Positions 53,989 to 64,000 of a stretch of 64,000 bases of DNA are shown here, piece after piece. The stretch is from the NCBI GenBank assembly GCA_951406725.2, contig OX597814.1, forward strand, positions 192,634,001 to 192,698,000, in the 5' to 3' direction. The notes beneath the pieces were generated by a model. The model was not told where the DNA came from. It did no database searches and saw only the letters and a list, made by a program, of their open reading frames with translations. Origin of the DNA: Octopus vulgaris. Taxonomy: Eukaryota. The position numbers and the translations under genes were made by a program. How positions within the stretch are numbered: position 1 is the first letter of the stretch; every line of letters starts with the position of its first letter.

Positions 53989-54215
53989 TTCACCCGGGGT
54001 GGGTTGAGCTGGCTTCATTCATCCTCAATGCTGTCTCTCTCACAAACGCAGACCAGGCCTGGTGATTTGAGGCTAACGACCATGTGATCTCCAACCACTC
54101 CTTATTCCAGCGGCGAACGCCGTAGACATGGGGGCCTAGGTTGGGTTCCAGATCAGCCTTGACCTTAGTAAGCCAGGTTTTTCGCTGTCCACCACATCGC
54201 TTTTGCCAACCCTGA
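53989..54215 (-). mobile_element. RTE-like LINE 3' end
   Basis: Near-identical peptide to 24604-24823 on the opposite strand. Confidence 0.75.
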
Positions 54216-54436
54216 AAGGCAAGTTTGACCTGAAGGGTCAAACTTGCCTTTCATTTTTCTGGTGCTGATAAAATAAAGTAACAGGCAAGTATTGGGGTCA
54301 ATGCAATCAGCTTGCCTTATCCCCTCAAAATTTCTGGCCTTATGCCAAAATTAGAAAGAATCATTTCTACAAAGTATAAGTCATGGAATGTCTTTTGATT
54401 GCTAATGTCTTGGGTATGGTCGCAGGTCCTTTAGAC

Positions 54437-54625
54437 CAGTATTCCGCAACCTTTTTTCACTTGCGATACACTTATATTCTTTACAAATTTCGGCAGCACA
54501 CCTGAACTAAAAATATAACTATAAGTATAGGGGGGAAAAAAATAATATTCAGGTTACACTGTGGCACACCTAGCATCGTCTTGTGGCACACCAGTGTGTG
54601 ACGGCACACTGGTTGCAGAACACTA
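54437..54625. mobile_element. hAT-type MITE
   Basis: CAGTATTCCGCAACC / GGTTGCAGAACACTA termini; 8-bp flanks CTTTAGAC and CTTTAGAT. Confidence 0.75.
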
Positions 54626-54654
54626 CTTTAGATGATTGGAGTGTTAATCTAACT

Positions 54655-55074
54655 CACTGTTTCTCAACCTTTTTACCCTGGCATAACCCTTAAAATAAAT
54701 TACATGTCTCAAGGAACCCCTGCACAAAAGAAATTATATACCATATCTTTTTCATCGTAGTTCACGTGATAAATATCATATATATATGGTTGTTATATAT
54801 TCTTTTGATTACATAATAGGTTAGATAGGAAGATGTCCATATTACAATAATCAATATGTTGTGCTTGTATACTCTTTCTCTTTTTACTCTTTTGCTTGTT
54901 TCAGTCATTTGACTGTGGCCATGCTGGAGCAGTCTTTAGTCAAGCAAATCGACCCCAGGACTTATTCTTTATTAGCCTAGTACTTATTCTATCGGTCTCT
55001 TTTGTCGAACCGCTAAGTTACAGGGATTTAAACACACCAGCATCGGCTGTGAAGCTATGTTGGGTGGACAGACA

Positions 55075-55112
<38 letters not shown>

Positions 55113-55368
55113 GGGGTTTTTTTCAGTTTCTATCTACCAAATCCACTCACAAGGCTTTGGTCAGCCCAAGGCTATATAGTAGAAGACACTTGCCCACGGT
55201 GCCATGCAGTGGGGCTGAACCCGAAACCGTGTGGTTCGTAATCAAGCTACTAACACACAGCCACTCCAATGCCTATATAGTAATATTACAATCATGAAAT
55301 TAGCATATCTCACTCATTCTCGGAAAACCCTTAGGAACCTTTTGTGGAACCCTGGTTGAGAAATGCTG
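54655..55368. mobile_element. hAT-type MITE with nested SINE (~54875-55276)
   Basis: CACTGTTTCTCAACC / GGTTGAGAAATGCTG termini; 8-bp flanks ATCTAACT and GTCTAACT. Confidence 0.75.
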
Positions 55369-58300
55369 GTCTAACTGATGGGTTTCCCAGACCGAGTTTC
55401 ATTCTGCAAAATGGGAAGAAACCCAAAGACGAAGTGTTTTTTATGCTTTGCGTTTCATTCCTTACTGCCATCCTGCTTTCCAATGATAGTGGCATTTCCA
55501 TTCTTAATGGTACTTGTCTGTGGAGTGCTCAACCACTTGCATGTTAGTTTCACGAGCAGGCTGTTCCACTGATCAGATCAAGTGGAACCCTTGTTCTGAC
55601 AAGGATGCGAGTGAGTTAGTTATATATATACTGGGGTCAAACCAATTATAGCACCTTTAGCAAAAAAACAAATCCGTAACCTTGTATGTAGAGAAATAAA
55701 TACGACTGAGTTAAGTGAATTGTAGCAAAGCATGAGACTGCTTTCTTTTGCCAGCTGCTCTACTCTCAAGATTTCAGTCTTGCAAGCACTTCTCTTTTTT
55801 GCTCTTAGTCAATTTTGGGGGGGGGGGGCAGGTTATAAAGAAATATTTATAACAGGATGTTGGATTATGGGCAGCATGATCACAAGTTCAAATCTAACAA
55901 TAGCTATTACTGTGCTGTACCCTTGAAAGTGATATACAAAATTATCTCTGTATTAGCTTGTTTCATCATCATCATCATCATCATTCGTTTAACGTCCGCT
56001 TTCCATGCTAGCATGGGTTGGACGATTTGACTGAGGTCTGGCAAACCAGATGGCTGCACCAGGTTCCAATCTGATCTGGCAGAGTTTCTACAGCTGGATG
56101 CCCTTCCTAACGCCAACCACTCCAAGAGTGCCGTGGGTGCTTTTTACGTGCCAGTCAGGCAGTACTGGCAACGACCTCGCTCAAATCTTTTTACACATGC
56201 CACCGGCACAGGCGCCAGTAAGGCAACGCTGGTAACAATCACGGTCGAATGGTGCCTTTTACATGCCACCGGCACGGAAGCCAGTTAGCCGCTCTGGCAA
56301 CGATCATGCTTGGATGGTGCTCTTGGCACCCTACTAGCACGAGCACAAGTGCCAGTAAGGCGACGCTGGTTTTATTGACACACACAAAAAAAACAAACAT
56401 ACATACTTTTACTTTACAATAATGGTGGTTAACAGAAAGAACATCCATAATAAAAGAAAAAGACCATCAATTGCTTCAACAACATCCTATCTTTGCAATG
56501 GAAAAAAAATTCAAAATCTCAGATCAGCAATAACACTTCTCAAATGACAGATGAATAAAAAAAAAAAATCTTAGTTTCTAGGTGACTAATTGGTGTTAGA
56601 AAGAGTATCAACCACAGTAATTTCTTGTAAATTAATATTGAAAGTTTTGCCTACTAATCTAATGTTGAAAGTTTTGCTTAATTAAATTTCAGCTCAGTAA
56701 AAATGCATGTCCAAAAAAAAAAAAATTTGTGAGGTGCATGGCTTAGTGGTTAGAGTGTCGGATTCATAATTGTGAGATTGTAGTTTCAATTCCTGGACTG
56801 GGTGATATTTTCTTGAACAAAACACTTCATTTCATATTGCTCCACAATCCACACACCTGGTGAAAATGAGTAATCCTGTAATGGACTGGTGTCGCATCAA
56901 AGGAGGAATATAAGCGCCAGAGAAACTGGGAAAGTGGCCCTATGCCCCTTACAGAGTAATATCATTCGGTGGTTTCACCAAGTAAAAGATTATAAAGAAC
57001 CCTATTTCAAAAATACATTCAAACCTTAATTAAGCAAAAATAATTTTCTCAATTACACAAGGTAAAAGAAACTAGGTCTTGCTTCATCATCATCGTTATT
57101 ATTGTTTAATGCCTGCCTTCCATACTGGCATGGATTGGATGGTTTGACAGGAGCTGGCCAGACAGGAGACTGCACCAGACTTCTGTATCTGTTTTGGCAG
57201 TGTTTTTACAGCTGGATGCCCTTCCTAACACCAACCACCCAGCAGAGTGGACTGAGTGCTTTCTATGTGGTACAAGCACAGGCAAAGTTAGTTTTGGTAA
57301 GGTTTTCACAGCTAGATACTCTTCTAAATGCCAGCCACTTTAAAATGTGGATCGGATGCTTTTTACATGGCATCAGCACTGGCAGGGACACCAAGTAACT
57401 GCCAAGCCAGAAATCCTTTGAGAGGAGAGGGGGGGCATTGGAGGAGGTGATCTTGTGTCAGATGAAAGGTTTATAGCGGTAGAGAAACAGATGTCTTGTT
57501 GTAGAAGAGATACATAGTTTGTTTTTTTGTTTTTTTTTGGGGGGGGGGGGCAGCTTGAAGATGCAATATGATACCAACAGGAAAAAAAAAAAGAATGCAC
57601 AAACTAAAGGCTTCCTGTGTAGTTCATTTACCCAATGAATAACTACTCCTCTCAAATTAGGAATTAAATAACACAAGTATAATGAAGCTTGTGAGTAAGT
57701 TGAAACAGAGGATGGAAACCTAGCTGCACAGTCTTCCCAAGAACTTACTATTGTAGTAGGGGCATGAGAAGTTTTGGCACAGCTTTTCCGAGGCAGCTAT
57801 TTGGTGCAGCAAATTCGAAACTCATTTATTTGACATCAGGTGTTTTAACATTTCTCTCATTCTCTGCCCCACTACTCTCTATTTAAGTTAGTGAGCACAT
57901 TTTGCTCGATGAAAACAATTAGGGCTATAATGGGGTGATGGATGTATAAACAACAAAATAATGGGTTCCTTAGGTTAAGTTTTATTTGTGAAATACAGTT
58001 GTTTTCAATCTACTTCAGAAAGTGGTCTACATTTGTGGTGGTGGGTAAGAGGAGTGCAAGGAATATCGCCTGGGAGCCATGGGTGTGGCAGTCTAAAAAG
58101 AATTGGGAACCCCTGTTGTATGAGTACGAGGGGAAAGAAAATGTTCTGGTTAATTGTGTTCAATTAATTAATTTGTAATTATCTCCATCTGTTTTTATCT
58201 GTATGTGTATATCTCTGCAAGTGCATGCATGTTTTGGGCCTCCAGTGCCGAATAAAAAAAGACCATTGGCAAAACAGGCCGAATGTCTGCCAGCTGTGCC

Positions 58301-58950
58301 AAAGCATCAGTATCCAACTGTCTCATTCTGTCATGTTAGATCATCCACAAATGAGGTCAGTTGTGGGAGCATATATGCCATTGGAGAACATTGGCTACTT
58401 TTGCCATTTGTCACTATATTTCCCAGCTCCTCACGGGCGACCTGTCAAACAGAGTCCAAGTCAGTTTCCCATCTCCACAAGAAACCTCCTCATGTGCAGT
58501 GACCATGTGGCATGTGGTTGACTAACACAAGTCATCAACCCAGAAACTCGAGCAACATGGCCAAACAGTAATAAAAGATTTTGGTCAGCCAGAGGCTATA
58601 GTAGAAGACACTTGCCCAAGGTGCCATGCAGTGGGACTGAACCCGGAACCATGGGGTTCATAAGAATCCAGTGCTGTCAATAATTTTTTCTACATTAGGC
58701 ACAAGGCCAGCAATTTTGAGGAGAGTAGGGCAAATCGATTACATCAACCCCAGTATTCAACTGCTGCTTATTCTATTGCCCTTAAAAGGATGAAAGGCAA
58801 TGTTAACTCAGGCAGAATTTGAACCCAAAACGTAAAGATCAGGAAGAAATGGTGCTAAGCAGTTTTGTCTCGCACAAAAATGACTCTACCAGCTCACTGC
58901 CTTAGTAATAACAAAGAGAAGAACAAAAGTGAAAAATAAAAAGCCCTTAC

Positions 58951-59015
58951 CTTTTGTTACTACTAATAGATCGTCTGTGTTTCATATAGTGAAGGTTCCG
59001 ATGGAGAAATATTGG
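58951..59015 (-). CDS. SUZ12: SUZ12 exon (PIFLHRNLHYMKHRRSISSNKR), 65 nt
   Basis: Acceptor tttttag, donor gtaagg; resembles human PIFLHRTLTYMSHR; ends in phase 2. Confidence 0.93.
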
Positions 59016-59819
59016 CTAAAAAGAATAAATAATAATAAAACAGGTAAGTAACAAAGTAAAAGAAAAACGAAGCAATAATAAGCAAATCTAAACAACAATA
59101 TCTCATTCTCTTCAAGGATACATCATCATACTTTTCCCAGCTTGCATGGGTCGGACAATTTGTTGAGGTAAGTTTTATCCTTTTAGTGTTCAAACCGGCC
59201 ATATCAGGCCCAAATAATGTACCTGTTATATGTTCAAACTGACCAGATAAGGCCTCTCACACTTACCTTAAAATGTCATGTTAAAAATAAACAATCACAT
59301 CATTGAAATCTCAAAGCTACAAGATAATGTATGATAAATTCAAAATAATGAGAATAATTAAGCATTGCATATGATAGAGTAATCTGAATGCTAAAGGGTT
59401 ATAAAGCTGGATGTCTTTTCCATTGCTAATCCATATCTGTTTCCAAGCAAGGTAATATTTCCCTAGGCCAGATAGGTTTTCCATGGAAAACTGGAAACGG
59501 ACAACATTGCTTGTGTGGTGCTGAGGCTGGTTTACAATCACATGATATCAAGACAAGAGTAAACACATACACACACAATAACATTTTAATAAATTAAAGC
59601 AGAAAAATATTTAATACAGAAAGAGGTGTTTTGCTGTTGCATGGCCTGTACACTATAGGAGCAAATCCCCTTTGAAAAAGTAACCAACACTTTTAAAATG
59701 GGATCACATACTGAGAGACTTAAATCTTGGTTGAGACAACTAACACTTCTTAATTATATGCCTTCTTTTAACCTAAGTTATTATTGTTAAAAGCAAGCCC
59801 CAAGTGAACCCAAAGACTT

Positions 59820-60199
59820 TATATATATATATAATGCTGAAGTTGTCTGTGTATGGCAGGTTTGGTAGCCTTCAACTAACACTATCTCCTCTGAGACCCT
59901 GTGGCGCAAGTTGACCAAAATTGAGGAAGGCTTGCTCTTCATTCCGTAGAAGAAAAATTTCAAATCAGACCATGTTAACACCAAAAATTATTAACATCAA
60001 AAAGGTGCTTTTTTGCTATGAAAATCCTTATTTTTTACGATTTTTTTACTGCTGTGTCGCCATTTTTTGGTGTATTTCAACCAGAAAAATGTTCACTTAA
60101 AGAGAATAACAAGCTACATAATGCAAAATTTCTATTTTTCAAAAATTCCAATTCTAAAGAGTCGAAACAAACTCGAGCAACGCCGGGCGATACTGCTAG
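59820..60199 (+). mobile_element. Non-autonomous Helitron-like element
   Basis: Same family as 47371-47769; ends CGCCGGGCGATACTGCTAG|T. Confidence 0.75.
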
Positions 60200-61126
60200 T
60201 TATTGTTAAAAGTAAGTCCTAAGTGAACCCAAAGACTTAATATTTGATTAAAACAACACTAACAGTAATAATCTCTATGTTTGATAAAAGGCCACACACT
60301 TGAAGAAAAGTGCTAATCAATCCCCACTCACTTCCTAATGCTTTACTTGATACTTAATTTAGCCGTCAACGCAGGCAACATCTGGATGTAGAGCGTAAAG
60401 GAATATTACTCGTAATTAATTAATAGGGCTGCTTCTGAGCATTTGCTTGGCTACCTACACAGAAGATCCAAACAGCTGACTTAAAAAGAAAAAGTTATTT
60501 GCAAAGTAAACCATCTTATGGTATCATGGCCAATAGGTTTATCCTAAATCAAGTCACCGAAGCTAGAGAGCAATGTAATTAATAGCGGAAGATATAGAAA
60601 GAAAAAGTAGCAACTTAGCAACTAATCTGGTAAGACAAAACTAAAAGCAAATATTATATACCAAACAAAGATGTACTAAGCCATTAATAAAAATTAATGA
60701 CATCACCCAACAAGATGTAGAATTAACTGTCTCTTGTGTGCAAGTGTGTATTTCTACTGTATCATCATTCTCTTATTAATCATTTAAGTAATAATCTACA
60801 ATGATAGAATCTCAAACTCATCTAATCCTAAGTGGATTACAAAAGATGCAAAACTATGTGCATCAGTTACAAGTGTTGCACTTTATGAAGATGCTAGCAC
60901 TGCTACAACTCTTGGCTTAGGTAAGCATCGAAAGCTCATTTACTCGTCTGGAAGCAAAAAAGTGCAGTGTGGAGAAAAATCAAGATTAAGAAAGAATAAA
61001 CAGGAAGTATATTACTAATATTACGAATTAACCCTCTGGTTACCAGATTTCAGTCGAGGTACTCTGGTCTACATTTCAATTTATTCTGAAGATAAACAAT
61101 TTAGTAAAATTACTACTATCCCTTAA

Positions 61127-61329
61127 CCCTTTTGATACCAACCCGGCAGAAACCGGCTCTGGCTCTGAGTACAAATGTCTTGTTTTCATAAGCTTTGAAT
61201 TAAAACCTTCCAATTTATGTTCCTAACACTACTGAATGATAACTAAGATATTTTACTAAATTCTTTGTTATAGTTAATGTAATTGAGAGAAACACAGAGC
61301 ATCTCAAAATAAATATGGTAACGAATGGG
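61127..61329. mobile_element. piggyBac-like MITE family 2
   Basis: TTAA|CCCTTTTGATACCA ... TGGTAACGAATGGG|TTAA. Confidence 0.72.
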
Positions 61330-61706
61330 TTAATGTAAATATTATGAGACTAGTGTTTGGAACATAAAATTTTAATTCAGAAAATTTCAACCCTTTGGCA
61401 TTCATATAACTCTGTCAAATGTAATGCTTATTTACTCACATTGCTTTGAATTAATCACGTATTATCTGAAGAGTTTCAAGATTTTGATTGCTCTTACTCT
61501 TTACTCCTTTACTCGTTTCAGTCATTTGACTGCGGCCATGCTGGAGCACCACCTTTAGTCGAGCAAATCGACCCCAGGACTTATTCTTTGTAAGCCTAGT
61601 ACTTATCCTATCGATCTCTTTTGCCGAACTGCTAAGTTACGGGGACATAAACACACCAGCATCGGTTGTCAAGCGATGTTGGGAGGACAAACACAGACAC
61701 ACAAAC

Positions 61707-61749
<43 letters not shown>

Positions 61750-64000
61750 TATATACAATGGGCTTCTTTCAATTTCCGTCTACCAAATCCAAGCACAAGG
61801 CTTTGGTCAGCCCGAGGCTATAGTAGAAGACGCTTGCCCAAGGTGCCATGCAATGGGACTGAACCCGGAACCATGTGGTTCGTAAGCAAGCTACTTACGA
61901 CACAGCCACTTCGGCGTCTATGATTGTTTATTTTTAAAATGACACTGTACAGTAGACGTGAGAGGCCAGATTTAGCCAGTTTGAACATAAAGTAGGTAAA
62001 ATATTTGGGCTAGATGTGGCTAGATTAAATGCTACAGGATTAAAACAAGAAGGTTGTTTTTTATAACCAAGGATGATCTCAGGCAGTTTGATATCAAAAG
62101 GGTAAACTGCTAATGTATTTCATTTTATTTTATAACTTAGTTGAAAGAAGAAAGACAGTGCTTATGATCTTTTCCAAGGTCTCAGAGGCTGGTGAAAGGA
62201 AGTGAACTGGAGACCTGACCCAAATACTAGTAATAGAGTAGGCACTATGAGAGATACCCCATTTCTTTATTACCCACAAGGGGCTAAACATAGAAGGGAC
62301 AAACAAGGACAGACATAGGTATTAAGTCGATTACATCGACCCCAGTGCGTAACTGGTACTTAATTTATCGACCCTGAAAGGATGAAAGGTAAAGTCGACC
62401 TCGGCGGAATTTGAACTCAGAACGTAACGACAGACGAAATACAGCTAAGCATTTCGCCCGACGTGCTAACGTTTATGCCAGCTCGCCGCCTTATGAGAGA
62501 TACCCAAAGGCCAGGTGATGCTAAACTAGGTGATGGATCAAGTCTACTATCCCTTACTCTTTTACTTGTTTCAGTCATTTGACTGTGGTCATGCTGGAGC
62601 ACCGCCTTTAGTCGAGCAAAGCAACCTCAGGACTTATTCTTTGTAAGCCTAGTACATAATCTATCAGTCTCTTTTGTCGAACCACTAAGTTACGGGGACG
62701 TAAACACACCAGCATCAGTTGTCAAGCGATGTTGGAAGAGACAAACACAGACACATAAACATGCACACACACATATATATACATATATACAACGGGCTTC
62801 TTTCAGTTTCTGTCTACCAAATCCACTCACAAGGCTTTGGTCGGCCCAAGGCTATAGTAGAAGACACTTTGCCCAAGGTGCCATGCAGTGGTACTGAACC
62901 CAGAACCATGTGGTTGGTAAGCAAGCTACTTAGCACACAGCCACTCCTGTGCCTTAAATGCAAACATTATTACGAAAATAGACACAAGGTAGCAAACTGG
63001 TAGAATTGTTAGGCAAAATGCTTAATAGTATTTATGTTCTGAGTTCAAGATCGACTTTACATTTTACCCTTTCAGGGTTGATGAAATAAGCAACCAGTTT
63101 ATAGCCTTGGAGTCGATATAATTGACTAACCCCTTCCCACAAAATTTCAGCCCCTGTGACTATAGAGGAAAGGGATTATGAAAATACATAAATATCAATT
63201 TGAGAGAGAGAAAATAGCAGGCCTGATGATGGAAATGAACCATGTAGCTATCAACTGCCAGGTGACTCATGTTATTAAGTACATTACAGACAATTTGTCC
63301 TTTCATCACCACAAATTCAGTCCTTTATTTCTGCTCATTTAAATGTACTGTTTTAGTGTTTCCCCAAATTTCTAATACAGCAAGGTGTTGTACCTGGGCT
63401 TAATCATCATCATCATCATTTAACGTCCGTTTTCCATGCTAGCATGGGTTAGACGGTTCGACTAGGGTCTGGTAAGCCATGGAGGCTGCACCAGGCTCCA
63501 GTCTCGTTTGGTAGAGTTTCTACAGCTGGATGCCCTTCCTAACGCCAACCACTCTGTGAGTGTAGTGGGTGTCTTTTACGTGCCACCGGCACAGGGGCCA
63601 GAGGAGGCTGGCAAATGGCCATGATCAGTTGGTGCTCTTACATGTCAACGGATCGTGGCCGTTTTAAAAAAACAATTAACCCCATGAATCAAATAACAAA
63701 TTGACTGCTGTAATGACTTTTGATGTTATAATTATCATGCAGACAGAAAAATTCCAACAGTGGGCCTGTTGCTCATTCCTTTCACAAAACAGTGCTTTTA
63801 ATGTGAATATCATTACTAAAACTGTCCAATAAATAAGTCAGTACCCATAGCTCTTGCTGGAACTTCCAGAATCCATGTGATGTTCAGCTTAACTCTCTTG
63901 CATTCACATTGTTTTGAATTAATTATGTATTAACTTGTGGCTGATGCAATAAGGTAGGTGTGAAATGTTGGATCTGATTAATTTAATTGCTAAAGAGTTA

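Noticed and set aside
59016-64000. Upstream SUZ12 exon encoding a KPTQIYR-like motif
   Set aside because: Not found by eye; presumed beyond the window, though a short exon could have been missed.

Overview
AT-rich, repeat-dense eukaryotic genomic DNA. The SINE families resemble those of octopus or another coleoid cephalopod (inferred, not database-confirmed). The window lies inside one minus-strand gene, the Polycomb PRC2 core subunit SUZ12. Nine internal coding exons (58951-59015, 32794-32865, 15991-16043, 12923-12990, 11673-11919, 8739-8947, 7287-7512, 3405-3634, 875-1032) have GT-AG ends and compatible phases, and join into 1328 nt of open frame covering the N-terminal region, C2 domain, C2H2 zinc finger and the segment before VEFS. 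I did not find the first or last exons in the window. Introns (up to ~26 kb) hold several SINE families, RTE and CR1 LINE 3' fragments, Helitron/Helentron-type elements, piggyBac-, hAT-, pogo- and Merlin-like MITEs, foldback hairpins and a 59-bp minisatellite. Main leads: a hammerhead-ribozyme-like motif on the SUZ12 sense strand (2847-2926), SINE multimers sharing one junction at three loci, long intronic dsRNA stems, and a CpG-retaining promoter-like zone at ~45.7-48.1 kb. None is proven from sequence alone. Most ORFs in the track are repeat artefacts.
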